This document shows positions 36,117 through 49,724 of a DNA stretch of 64,000 bases, piece after piece; the first letter of the stretch is position 1, and the number at the start of each line of letters is the position of its first letter. The stretch is from Trichosphaerium sp. ATCC 40318 (Eukaryota > Protista > Tubulinea), in contig JALMLS010000397.1 in the NCBI GenBank assembly GCA_038496445.1, positions 310,001 to 374,000 on the forward strand, written 5' to 3'. Both the position numbers and the translations under genes were made by a program. Below the pieces are notes generated by a model. The model saw only the letters and a program-made list of their open reading frames with translations, was not told the origin of the DNA and did no database searches.

Positions 36117-39100
36117 TCAAAGTTCATACATTTGTGGTTTACTATACTCTGACCTTGCGGATGAACTCTCATCTATTGTATTACCCACACTTGTCATTTC
36201 ATCTAATCCTGTAGCAACACTTTGTTTTACAGGTAAATCAGTGTAATTAGATGCACTTTCTTTCTCTGAATTCATCTCAGAATTACTATCGTTCAAATCT
36301 GCGTCGAACTGTGCAAGTGAGTCTAGTACGTTTACACCTGGTCTTGGTGGCAATACGTTGTAATTTGCGCTTATATTGAGTTGTGGTTCTTCATTCTCGT
36401 CATCTTTAAATTCAGTCAACTCAACACCTATTGCATTTTGTTCTTCTTCATCTTCTTCGTAGTCTGTTCCGACTTCATCATAACTCTTTTTTGTTTTTGA
36501 AAATGTATTCTTTAAAAAGTTACTTAGACTGGATGCCCTTCGTTTTCTCTTTATGATTGGACTCTCCTTTGATGATCCAATTGTTTTTCTTTTATCAGAG
36601 AGAATTGTTGCATCAGAAGTATCATCAGTACATATCATATCTACTCCAATGAGAAAAAAACAAGAAGAAGTTTGCCCAAAAAAAAAAAGAACCACGTCTT
36701 TTTTGCGCGAGAGTTGTTTGTTTCTGGATAAAATACAACGTTTCCATGATAGTCAACCAAAAAAATACTGAGGATACTTCCCAAATGTCGTCGAAAGAAA
36801 AGATAAAAATGAAATCATTTTTTGTTAATAAGTTTGTTACGTTTTGATTTGGCTGACGTGGCTCAATACGTACTCATGTTGTGTACTTCTGGCATATGAA
36901 ATTGGTTTGCAATGGTACTAAACGTAGGTCTATCACTAGGATCAAACGCCCAGCATTGCTTCATGAGAACTTGTAGGTACGTATTACAACGCTTCTTATT
37001 TATTTCCGGTGTTTGGCCATGTCGAATTTTTAGGACAACGTCCGAAGATTCTTCGAAACCGTATGGTCTGTGACAATGTATAAGCTCGTATACGAGCATA
37101 CCAAAAGACCTATATTACTTAAGTTAACTTGTTGTGATAAAATAGAAGAGAACCTCTAAGATGTCAAAGTAGAAATTCAGTTTTGGTTCGGTAACTTACC
37201 ACACGTCTCCTTTGAGTCCAAAAGTAAGATTGAAGTTCTCTGGAGCCATCCTATGAATTATTAGATGATTGATTACTATAGACTAATTGTACCATCGCAG
37301 AGGCCCCTGGTAGGTGTTTTTTTCAGTTACAATTTCATCCTTGTTAGCTAGTACTCTAGCTAATCCAAAGCTTCTAATTTTTGGTCTGTTCTGGTGATCA
37401 AGTAATATATTTCTACAAGCGATATCTCTATGAAGAACATTGTGCTGGTATAAGCCAGCTAAACCATTCAGAATACCAGTGATGATCTTATTAATTTTTT
37501 GTGCTGGTAGGCGTTTCTTAGTCTTGTACAACTGTTCCAAGGTTCCTACAACAAAAAATATATTAGATTTTTTTAAACTCGTACTGTTACTTGTCAGGGA
37601 TATGTACATATACACATACCTTTACTTAAGTACTCCCTAACTGCTAGTGGTAATCTTTGATCTTTACAGATACCAAAAAAGTGTATCAAGTTCGGATTAT
37701 ACCTTGAAAGCTGACTAGTTTTTTTTTATTAGAAAATGCATCGGATGAAAAGAAACTTGTATACGAACCGTATCAGATCAACTGTAGCCATGTACTCCTT
37801 CATAGGTGCAGTCTCTGGTTTATGTAATTGTATTATAGTAACTGGTTGCCCTTTGTACTTTCCTTTATGGTAAGTTGTATTGGCCATACGTTCCGTGTCT
37901 AACATCACACGTTAAGGGTTAAATAACAAAAAAAAAATCAAGCTTTGCTGAGTTGCAACGTACGCATGATTGCACCGATCTTCAAGTTGCTGAACTTTAC
38001 TTGCCCTTCTTGTTCTACAGTACTTCTAGACTTGATAGTTTTTACAGGTGGGGTAGGATCATCATGACTTCTGTAAAGCCAATAATAGACGCCTACGAAA
38101 GCTGCTACCATTACTACAATAGTTACAGCAAGTACGCCTACAAGAACAGCTGCAGCATCGTTACTATTTCCCTGGGCATTTACACCTGCATTAGAAGATC
38201 CAGGTACTTCCACTGCAGTAGGTACAGGTTCCAACACCGTAAAACTCAGTGCCTAAAAACCGAGGTTAGTCTTTAACTACGTTTGATTAAAAAAAGCAAT
38301 CTCACTTGTTGAGTAAAGTATGATTTAACTGGAGTTCTTAGTTCGACGTTAACTAATAGTTCAGAGGCTCCTGATGGCACTCGAGATATATCTAAAGTAT
38401 AGCATTTTGCATCTGTACCACCTAGAAGTTAGTTGTAAGAATGAGTTGTATGAATCATTTGGGTTTGGTATCACGTGCCTGTTGTATTACTACACAAAGC
38501 ATCGCCTATTTCCGTTACTGAGTATACTTGTCGTTTATCGTTAAAGCCTCCTTCGCTATCACTAGCTTTGCCTACTGAAACTATAGTTTCTAGGTCATCA
38601 TCAAAACCTTCTGAGGATTCAACGATAATATAGATTGTAGTTTCTGGTTCTACTTCTGTTACATCTGTTTGGTTGACAAGTGACGTCGTTGTTGTGATAA
38701 TTAAATCACTTGTTGGGTCTCCTTTTAAGTCATAACATACAGTAAAAGGGTGAAAGTTATCAGGTGTTGTTGGAGGTCTTTGTCTATAACAGTGTTAAAA
38801 TTGTTGCGGAGCAAGAAAAAAAAGAAGGAAACAAGCAAGATGACATACACAGGCACTCCAGCTATCGTTAATGTTGTTCCTACTAGGAGACCATGTACTA
38901 TTAGATACCTAGAACCAATAGGAACTACACCATAGTATATTTGTCTGTTCTGCAAGCCGTCACCTGTTTATTTTTGTTAGTGTTGGTATGAGTGCACTCA
39001 CAAATATTTTTTACCTTCTTTGATAACCCACTTTATATCATAGTCATCAATAGCAACAATGATGGCATTAGCATCACCTACATAAATGAGTGCTGACTGA

Positions 39101-42100
39101 AACTAATACTTTCATGTACCAGATCCTGGTATAATCGTAGTATGTGTTCCATTAGTAAGTTCTAGATACCCAGCTGTAGTCCCTCTACCAAAATAACCAG
39201 ATAAAAGGGTTGTTCCATCATCCGAAAAAGTAATATATGAAGCCTCCTATAATTAAGTGAGATCGACCTACCTCTATGCGAAACAATAATAGGATAATAA
39301 TAAAAAACGCACAATCGTCATGGATGTTGGTGCTGCATATCTGGAAATATCGAGCGATGTTTCAAGTGAATCACTTGGAAACTTTTGGAATGATAGCACG
39401 CCACGATCACTTCCTAGAGTAAATATACTGTTGATTGATGCCATGCCATACGGGGATGCCTCCATATGACCTATGATAACAGTCAGCTAAGAAGACAAAA
39501 AGGTAAAAATGTTATTTGATACTTACGTCCTAGGAATGATTTTGGACATGTCGTACTCTTACATGGTGCAATGACACGTAAGTGTTTGTGTTCCGAAGGT
39601 ACGATACTTATATCTGATCCGTTAAACAGTCCAGTGTCATAGTCAGCATAAATGAGTATCTCATTCACTGCCTGTAATGAATTTAATGTTCCAACATTAC
39701 CATGTATCACTGTGTATTCTCTGGGTCCTTGGTTGTCTTGTCCAGCTAAACTCACACAAGGGCTATCGAAGCCCACTTTGATAGAAAGGAATTTTGGATT
39801 CTTTGCATTTAGTACAACCCAAGTTGTTCCAATAACGGTACCTACAAGGTGACACCATCAAAAAAAAAAACACTGAAGGATTGTGTAGAAACCATACTTG
39901 TTTCAAAGTGTCCATAAGAGTTAAATTCTCGGATCCAAACTGGTTCAAATAGATCATCTAATTGGGCATAATATCCGTTTTCTATTGGCCGTAACTGACC
40001 GCCTACAAGAACTAGGGTTAATTCTTCATGTTGTGTGCATGAAATTAAAGTGTACCATTCTCACACGCATTGTGCAACTCTGTACAATCATACGTGTCAC
40101 AATAATCGAAATTTTTTTCTACAAGCATTTCTTTCCCAACAGTCACAGGCAGGTTTGTCCTAAAACATCGTATTAGTTTGTAGAAAATAGGAGTCTAGAC
40201 TAGAATAGTTTTCTCACTTTGCCATCAGCCACCCAACGTATACTGTGCCCTCCGATGATATAGTAACACTTGTTACATCAGCAAATTCCATTACTTTTGA
40301 CTAAAATAGATTCTTTAGTCAAAATCTTGCATCATAATGTGTACCGAAACAAGCAACTTAGATCCAAGTACTGGGTTATTCACTTTCATTACCAATCCGT
40401 TCCTTTGATTGGTATGAACTTCTGGTAGCGATCCTGTCAACTCAACTTCCTTAGAGGCTGTAACAAAACAAACACGACCTTGTACGAAGTAAGAATACAT
40501 TAAAAAGCTCTATCAGCTAGTATTTTCTAGATACATACCTGTCGTTTGCCCAACGAATACAGACGCTGCCATTACTACAGTGTCATCTTCGGCAATTGAT
40601 AACGAACTTTTAAACTTCACTTGTATATCAGTGGTGGTGAGACACTTGAAGAGAAACATGTCTATGATTTCTCCTTTCGGGTTATAATACATCAACCCTC
40701 CACCACTATATTGTGCCTCCAATTCTATGATAGAATCACCCACCGTAAAGAAACCAGGTGATGACCTCGTATATAGTGATGCCTGGACTATTGAAGGGGT
40801 TGAATAAGCACGTGACATGGGTGGAAACAACAATCTTTAGGCGTACAATAAACAATCGAATTGGATCTTGAGTCACGAACTGAATTCCCAAATTGCAGCT
40901 TTAGGTTCGTATTTTCTACTGGCAACACCTTAAGCCAAGCAACAGATGGTTTAATGAATTTGCCCTCAGCATCTTATACAAGTTAGAAGGCAAGAAGTAT
41001 ACCAAAAATAAGTAATTTGTACCTCCACGAATTGGTGTTACTGCAGCGGGTTCGGCACTGGGTGGTTTCAAAAATACTGGTGGGTCTGTAGCAGGCTCAG
41101 TGAACCCAACACGATTTAATACATACGTGTTACCATTAGTAACCTCGAATATAATACTCCTAACATGAAGAAATAAGTAAATTAATGCTTTAGTCTTCCA
41201 AGTTTTTTTGAGTTTGTTTCTGATCTAAATGCGCACTCGTGGGTGAATAGGTTCTCTAAACTGACTTGATAGAGTCTCCACGGCGCTTCCTGTCTTTTAA
41301 AAACAGTTATAGTATCGTAGGGATCTTCAAAAGCGCTTTAAGGAAGAAAAATCAAAGTTAGAAGGTGTAAGTCATCTAATAGGTTTTTGGTACCTAATCT
41401 GATATCCTCCTACAAGATGTGCCATGGCCACTATAAGAACTTGTCTTGGCTCATAATAGGTCATGAGCATTGTACGGTCTACAATAAGATCATTCAAGCG
41501 ATTGTCAATAAGATCAGAGAAGATATATGTTTGGTTCCAAGTATCAGAGCGTATATCGTAAGTGTAAAGAGAACATGAAGATTCTGTTTGAACACCCAAA
41601 AAGAATTTCTGTTGGCTTTGGCTCATCTGAGGTCAATGAGTATTTAAAGTTGTAATAAGTTGGTAGTAGTACCGCAGCTCCCCATATTATTGAAGACACA
41701 AATCCGAGAGTTGTAGGCTGCGCTGTAGGCGGTCCAGTAGCTACTACAGGTGGTAGGCTTTGTGTCTTGTACGCTATCAAAGTTGGTTGGATATTCGAAA
41801 CGTTTGTATCAACTTTGTAGCATTCCCAAGGTAGTAAAGAGATTCCAGTATTCATCCAGCAATAAATAATTGTATCTAGTCAAAATGTTGTTAGAACCTA
41901 AGATGGCAAAAAACAGATAAAATGTAAGAACGTACGACCAGGTACATTAGCATTAACAAACGTTTTAACAAAGTTCTTACGACTTCGATAAAACCCAAAA
42001 CTTATTCTATGGTCCTGGAAACCAAGGAACTCAAAGGAGTTCAATGATATTTTACTTTGACCATAAGGTTTGTAGCTTGCAGTAATTCTACTGTTTACTT

Positions 42101-43240
42101 CCAAGTCAACCTCCGTTACATGTAAATATAGTACACCATCCTCGTTTGCATCAGATTTATCCACTACAAAATGTTATATTCACATTATTCGAAATAAAGC
42201 GCACGTGAAACATTATATGGTACTGTAATAGAGTCAATAGTTTCCGTAGTTGGATTTGGTGTATCAGGAGTAAAGTACCACCTTACAGGGAGTAAGAACA
42301 GGATAAAACAAGAAAGTTGTAATACGCTTGCTAGTTCTACTTACCTTAGCTTTTGGGTAACATCACTATCAATAAAGTGGAGCGCGTATAAGTGACCGCC
42401 AGGCACAGGTTTACATTGTGTATATTCAAGTCTAAAGTAGGCCTTTGCATTGGCTGTTTCTGTGGTGTGTACTGTTATATTTTTGTTTGTTCCATACGCA
42501 GTATAAACAACATCTTGTGGTAGTAATACAGGAGGGTCTGCAGTCTCATTAATAGTTTGCATGAATATCATACAACCATTCTAGTATCTTTATTAGATAA
42601 AAGAGAAATCACACGAACAACAGAGCGCATTTAGCAGTTACAATAATTTTAAACGTACGTGTATGTCAGGAAGTGTCACTCGTAAACCAGGAGCACCACT
42701 CAAAAGTTCTTGAACCCCCTCTGTAGATAATGTGAGAGCAGAGCCCTGTTTTTTTTTTGTTAGCACAGAGCAAATTTGACAAAAAACCATTCAAAAAGTG
42801 TCACAAGTTAACGCACTGTGTTCTGACCATAGAAAGCCGCAAGGCCGTCGCTTAGAGCACTCATACGAACTGGTTTTAAAACGTCATCGTAACCACTAAA
42901 CCTAATGTTCACCCTGATAAAGCCAGGCTTTCCAGATGTCGCCACACTGTAGTATTGAACATTATTTGCTCTGGAATTTGTTAGTAGTTCATCGGAAGTG
43001 CACTTATAACAAACTGTTCGTACGTCGACTTCTGAGCAAAGTAGATGCGATCGTTAAACTCAAACCCTCCTCCCATCAAATCAGAAGGAAGAGTTGGAAC
43101 AACCGTACTGTAAGTTGTTACATAATGTATAACTACCATTTATTAAACGAGAGCAACCCTTGAGAGTACGTCACGGAAAACGTACCAGCAGAATTGGTGA
43201 GAGTGAACGCAATTAGCGCTAGTAAAATAGCTAAGTGCAT
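36117..43240 (-). CDS. Single-pass receptor with very large ectodomain and a tyrosine-kinase-like pseudokinase domain
   Basis: Signal peptide MHLAILLALIAFTLTNSA; more than 20 exons; TM AAAVLVGVLAVTIVVMVAAFVGVYYWL; HRDIACRNILL, GPLRWMAPE, DVWSFG, CWAFDPSDRPTF; acidic C-terminal tail. Confidence 0.85.
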
Positions 43241-43569
43241 TATAGTGATGCTGCGACTGTAGTCGCAAGTGAGTGCTTGAATAGGAAGCTCAAATACAAC
43301 ACAAGTCAAACTGGGTTGACATTTACAAGACATGCCAAGGAATTAGTATCATGTCGAACCGAGGGCTATTTAGGTCTGCGCCTGGCAACACACGCAACAT
43401 GGGAAGGGTGCCAGACCTTTTTTGTAAGGCAGTGGAATTATTACATTCTACAGATGCTGAAAGCACAGAAAAGCTCAGAGTACGCGTTAAAAAACACTTA
43501 TATGATAAATTGTAATAAACGTTACAGCTTCTCATTGAACAGCTTCCCTCACCGTCCGAAAAGCGAGAA

Positions 43570-45045
43570 ATGGGTCAGCGTAAGCGTTACATAAAGCCCC
43601 CAACAGTAAAATTGGGCAGAAACCCAGGTATTGGTACACGTACTTTTAACGTACCTCTGACATCTATACAAGCCATAACTGCTGCCTATGGCGGTCAGAA
43701 GTTTAACGCAAAGCGAAAACTAGAACAAATGAAAACTTCAGGCAAAAAAGCCAAGGTACGCTTGCACTGTAATGAAAATGAATTCAAACCGATTAAAAGA
43801 TAAATTAAATCAAAACATAGTATGCAAGACGAGAAAATTCGCTCGTACGACGCTCAAGAGGTTTTAAAAGTTCTAACATTGTACGTGTGACACCACATGA
43901 CATTGACTTACAAACTATGTAGAGATCAAGGCTCAAAGTAGCTAGCCCACCTGCAAGGTATATCTAAGAACGCAATGTTGTTGACATTTTGACATGGTTG
44001 TTTAGACCTGCTTTATCTCGTTCCAACAGTGCAGAATTACAAAAGAAGATAGTGGAGTCATCGCCTACTAAAACAACTACTGGAACGAAGAGAGAAGCAT
44101 CTGAGATGCGAAATGATACTAGAGAATCTAAACGGCGTAGGACAGCTACTCCAAAGAATTATGCAGGCACGTGGGCATTTGTCAATTGTTTTCAAATCTT
44201 TTTTTTTGTTACTATCATTGTGACCTCTTTGTAGAATTGGATGGTGCCGATAGCGATGACGAGTTCATGGATGAAGCAGATGAAGAAAAGGAAGAATTAG
44301 AAATGTCAGATATAGAGGTAACACAAAATAGTTTTGACTATCAAGTGCCGATTTACGTTGACATGTTCTTTTTTGTTAGAAAATTCTACTGAAGAGATAT
44401 AACCCAATCATTGAATCATACGAATATTTGATAAAATGGTAAGTAGGAATCAGTTCTAAAACTGAGCAGCTGTAACCAAACGACGTTTATCTGCAGCGCT
44501 TCTTTCTATCACTTTATTGATATTGTTTAATTATGTTATAGGAAAGACTGTGGACCTGAGTATTCGTCGTACGTTCCAGAATCTGGCGTACAAACCGGTT
44601 CCATGTTAGACGAATTCAATGATTTTTGGGATGAAAATGTAAAAATGGTGCGAGAGTCACAGCATGCTGAGCAACAACGATGACTTCTGTTTGTTTTGTT
44701 TTTTTGACATAAACTAATCAATGAAATAGAGACAAAGCCTAAAGGATGGTGATGATAAGTTTGTAGTAGGTCAAAAGATATATGTGCAGTATTCTACGTT
44801 CCCTTGGTGGCCTGCGGTACGAAAATCTAAAAAAAGGTATTGCGCTAACTTTTCAATAGCGTATAGCTCTAATTGACCCTAAAAAGGGGTGTCTAGTACT
44901 GTACTATTCAACGTACGACTATGTTTTTGTAGATAAGAGCCCGTCAAGTATGAAACTTTATTCAGAATACAAAGATACAGACCTTGGTTCAAAGGCTCCT
45001 GCAGAGGCCGAAGAACATGCGCGTGTTATGCGTGATGTAAAGTAA
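43570..45045 (+). CDS. PWWP-domain chromatin-associated protein
   Basis: FVVGQKIYVQYSTFPWWPARI..LVLYYSTYDYVFV at the C-terminus. Basic N-terminus and RRRTATPKNYAE plus acidic tract. GC-AG intron at 44167-44234. Confidence 0.8.
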
Positions 45046-45353
45046 ATGCCGTTGACGGCAATGTTAATAATAAACCGCTATGTGCTAAAAAAAACTGTTA
45101 TTTGTGCATCATCAGACTGTGGTATGCAAGGAGAATTAGCGGCATTACTTTGTAAAATGCATTTGTAGGTTGTTTGAAAATACGAAAACAAGACAAAAAA
45201 TTTGACATCTCGGAGAAAAACGCTGAATAACGCAGAAACTTTTTACCCAATAACTTGATAATATTGAGCACTAGTAATAGTGATCAATACCACAGCAATC
45301 GTTAGTATCTACGAGTAGTAGAAGCAACAAAGGAGCGAATAATCACGCTAGTA

Positions 45354-47313
45354 ATGAAGCAACGCTCCGCTCCCTCGGGTTTGCATTTACGCGTATCTGG
45401 AGTGCGTATAGCACGCTTGGAGTCAGTATTAACTGCTATTGTACAGGATTCTCTTTACCATCGTTCAAGAAGCCACTCTGAGGCCGTACTTGTACCAGAT
45501 AACGCACCCAAAACAGCGCGCTTGCACACGAAGAATTACGTCGAGATACTCGACTTTTTACTTTATTTCAGAGGTGGAGATAGCGGTACGCTATAAGAAA
45601 TACGTGAACTTGTTCTCTGAGAAACTTTTAGACATTGACGTTGAGAATATTTTTCTCCTTACTTTCAGGTGTGATGTAACACCAGAAGAACTACTTTTGA
45701 TGCTTTTGACCAGGTTTCAGGTATGATCACGAATTTAACTGTAACTTTGCGTTCACTAAAGAATACAGGCCAATAATGATGCACATACACGTTCCCCACG
45801 CCTAGAAGAAAAGAGAAGGTAATGAGGAAAAAAAAGAAACAATTCCCACTTCCTTTTCCTACTTTTCATGCGGAGAGTTTTTATCGGCTTAGCGTCCAAA
45901 CAATCATATCTAACCATGTGTAGGATATGCCTTCTTATTATGAAATGGTGCAGTAGATATTACATTCACGACTTTATACCAAGACCTAAACGCATGATTG
46001 GTACTCTACAAACGTTTTTAAACGCACCAGCATGGGATGAATGGGAGCAGTTATTTCCTTTACGGAAAGTACTAAAAAATGTACGCGAAAACGCCATTTC
46101 TAGTTATAATCCAAAGATTTACATCGCTCTTTCCTATTTCTAACTATTTTACGGAAATGAACAAAAAAAAAATTTCTCCCTTTGTGTTTTCGGCATCGTT
46201 GCTTTGATACTAAAACCATGCCATTGTACATTATATAAATTACACGTATTGATTACAGATAGTTTTAAGCTCGTACAATTTTTTAACATAAAAATCATTC
46301 AAATGTGTGATTTTGCTTATTGTTTCTCTCGTATTTAGGCAAGTATTCAGTACTCTAATCAAATAGCACAGTGTCCATTTATTCACTATGGAGGACTTGT
46401 AGTACCTACATCGCGTAGTTTAGGTGTTAGCAGCGTTATACCGTTGCAAACACTAAGAGCGTTTCATAACTATCAAGTTGATAAATTGACAAGACAAATT
46501 ACGTTAGTAGATGCTTCATTATTTAGATCTATAGCACCTTGTGAGTGGCTTCAAGTTAACCCTTGTGATACGCCACACCTTGGACAACTTGTAAATTGGT
46601 CAAATAACATAACTAGCTGGGTTGTAACGCAGGTACAGTAACAGACATAATTATGGAAAAAAAAAGTTTAACAAAAACATTTATTCTTTTTTGACATGTT
46701 TCTTCAATAACTCACGTCACATTTTTTGTAGATTGTATGCGAACCAGATCCTAAGCTACGTGCTATGACTATATCTAAGTTTATTGAAATGGCAGAGTGT
46801 GCCGTGAAGATGGGTGCATATAGTACTCTTACAAATATAATGGGTGGATTATCAAATGCAGCTGTATTGCGTCTTGAAAAGAGTAATAAGATTACAAGAT
46901 TCAAGAAAAAAAAGACAAAGTTGGAGCAACTTACAAAACCTAAATTTCTTACCTCTGTTGCTCTTTCAGAAACACATAGCTCTTTACTTATGCCTGCAGG
47001 ACATTCTATACGTACTTTTAGACTAGTATCAGAGTTTCATAATAATACTTATAAGTATAATGGAACAAAAATGATAAACTTTACAAAACTTAATACACAA
47101 TGGCAAGCAGCTCAACATATGGAGATGTTTAAGAAACTTGCTTGCTATCCTGGTCTTACAAGAGATACACGTATATGGGGTTATTTAAAGAACTTACCTG
47201 TATTATCTGAAGAGAGTATTTGGGATCAAGTTCTTAATGCAGCGAATAGGAAAAAGATTACTTCAAAAAAAAATAGTATTAAAAAAAGTAGAAGTAGTGT
47301 TATGCTTGCTTAG
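45354..47313 (+). CDS. Divergent RasGEF (REM plus CDC25 domains)
   Basis: REM: IFLLTFRCDVTPEELLLMLLTRF. CDC25: LTRQITLVDASLFRSIAPCEW, WSNNITSWVVTQI, RAMTISKFIEMA, IMGGLSNAAVLRL, MINFTK. Confidence 0.88.
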
Positions 47314-47429
47314 CAAGAAGAACAAAACAAGAAAATAATGAATATAAAAATAAATCTAATGTACATATTAATAACATCGGTAAATTCTTGCAGTTATATT
47401 GCACGCGATTAACAATCAATTGCTAATTA

Positions 47430-47595
47430 AAGTGAGATTGGCAGCCTTTATCTTTTCCCTGCCAAAAGTTGTCTTTGACAATCTCGGTGGTTGAGGCCAC
47501 CCCCTTTTGAATGCTGGCCAAGTCTATGCGCTCTGACTCTAAGACACCTAACCAATAGGATGGTCTTAAACGTAGCCCGTAGACCTAACAAACTA
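47430..47595. other. Intergenic multi-hairpin GC-rich segment, candidate structured RNA
   Basis: Stems TTGGCAG/CTGCCAA, GAGATTG/CAATCTC, GGTGG/CCACC, GTCTA/TAGAC and TAAGAC/GTCTTA, followed by ACA. Lies between two convergent genes. Confidence 0.3.
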
Positions 47596-47688
47596 AAATT
47601 CATTCAGATAATGTTAAACCTTTTTTTTATTTGATAATTCTTGGTGAGTAATAATGTACAGTGCTGAGGTGTTTATGGATTAATTCAA

Positions 47689-49724
47689 TTACTTCCTACT
47701 ATGAACATGCACTTTTATGCCTGTTTTCGATAGAGTTATAATCTTAGGGATAGGCTTAACTGTATGAGAAGGATCAAGAGAAAACTTGAATCTTTGGAAG
47801 AGCATAATCAAAAGTGTCTTTGCTTCCATTAATGCCAATCCCTTTCCCAAGCATATTTGTGGCCCAGCGTGGAATGGAATGAATTGGTAAGGGTGTTTAA
47901 GTAAGTTAGGATCATCCCAACGTTCTTTAAAAGAAGAGTTAAAACAAGTCAATAAAGAGCTCTTAACGAACCTGGTAAGAATTCTAGAGGTTTATCCCAC
48001 CATTTAGGATCTCGGTGAGTTAAGTAAGGACCCATACGAGCACGCATACCCTAATACTAGTTTAGGGGTTTTTTTTAATGAATTAATTATCGTAAAATCT
48101 GTCAATTTTGACGGGATTGTACGGCTTTCAGTTTGATTCCAGAGGGCAATATGTCATCTTTTAATGCGAATCTACCATTTAACGGTACTGGTGGATATAA
48201 TCTGAGGGTTTCTTGGACAATCTAAAGTCACAAGTGTCAGTAAAGAGGAGATTAGATAAATCTCACATTGTGAAGTTTATTCATGTTAGAGTATTCCTTC
48301 TCATCTGGTTCTTGTAAATCGGGAAACATGGTATCAATTTCTTTTAATAGTTCATCATAGCTCTTTGGATTATTGCAAAGCAAGTAAGTGAGCCAAGACA
48401 TGAGTACAGCTGTTGTATCTAACAAGGTATTCGGTAAGTAAATGGCTAATTTACAAAGGACTTTGCGGTGGAACTCACCTCTGCCAGCTATTAGAAAGTT
48501 CATGAATATGTCTCTCAAGTATTTATCTGAGTATGGGTCACCGTTATCATCGCGTAAGCACATGAAACGTGATAAAAGATCCTGATTAATTCGTTAATTT
48601 TTTTGAAAAAAAAGAAAAAATATTGGACTGAAAACAAATTGCTTCCTTACTGTGCGCTTGAGTAACTCTTCACGTGGTAACTTTCTTCTTGAAGATATGA
48701 AAGAATACACTGTGTCTTCTATTGTTTTAATACATTGGTCAAAGTCTTTATCAGCAGAAGTGAACTATTACAAAGTAAGAACAAACCTGGTCTAGACCAA
48801 AAAAAAAAGAAGCAATGACAAAACGTACTCTTATAAAAGGGTTGCGGAATGATGCTGTAACAATCTCTTGTGTTTTGTCAAATGAAGTAGCAAACTCTGG
48901 CTTCTCCAGTAGAGCATTGAGCTCTTCACCAAAACCCAACTTTCCGAAAGTATCAAGGGTGTACCTAAAGTACAAATCTTGGATGTCTATTGGTTCACCT
49001 GACTTGACATGTTCGTGCAACATGTCAATAACTACATGAGCATTCTCCTTAAATTGGGGCATCATATCACGAAGAACCAGCTTGTGGAAGAGCGGTCTAG
49101 CTGTTTTTCTACGGTTGCTTTGAGAGACTGCAAGGAAACAAAAAAACTGGCTTCTCAGAGCTCCGTGTACCTTTGTTCGCGCCAGTTTTCGCCCCAAGCG
49201 TTGAAAATACCACTTCCAAGCCATTTAAACCAATACTTGTTTTTGTTTAAGCCTGGTACAAAAACAGCTATGTAAGTACGCATAACATGTTAACGTTATG
49301 CTCCCTTACCTTCTCGCGTGTAGTTCTTGTTGTTAGTGTACAAAATATGCTTGTAATCTTCAGGATGTAAAAAGAATACACCGTCCGTAAACAAGTTAAA
49401 TAGGTATATCTCAGAACCGTACTAAAAGTCGTTATTCAGGTTTGGTTTTTGTGTAGTGTGTAGTACGTCTTCTTGTAGGCCGGTGAGGTACTTGAATGGG
49501 TCGTCACGGTTTTTGTACGCGTCATACATGATGCCAATAATTGGTAAACCGTTAGGCCCATTACAAGGCTTGTTTTGTAGACGTTGCTATTTTATGGTTA
49601 AAGAGGTACGAGACGACTGTTTTTAAAAGCATAAAGCAAATCGTCTTACCCAATGTCTAGCATAAATCACTGTAGCAACTACAAGAGGAAGTGCTAGAGC
49701 TACAACAGCTACGAGAAGGTACAT
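47689..49724 (-). CDS. Cytochrome P450, resembling CYP86/CYP704/CYP52-type fatty-acid or alkane hydroxylases
   Basis: N-terminal anchor MYLLVAVVALALPLVV; I-helix FLIAGRDTTA; ETLRLYPPVP; PERW; heme motif FHAGPQICLG. Confidence 0.95.

Noticed and set aside
47545-47556. CCTAACC as a telomerase RNA template
   Set aside because: Too short, partly sequestered in a hairpin, and no other telomerase RNA feature visible.
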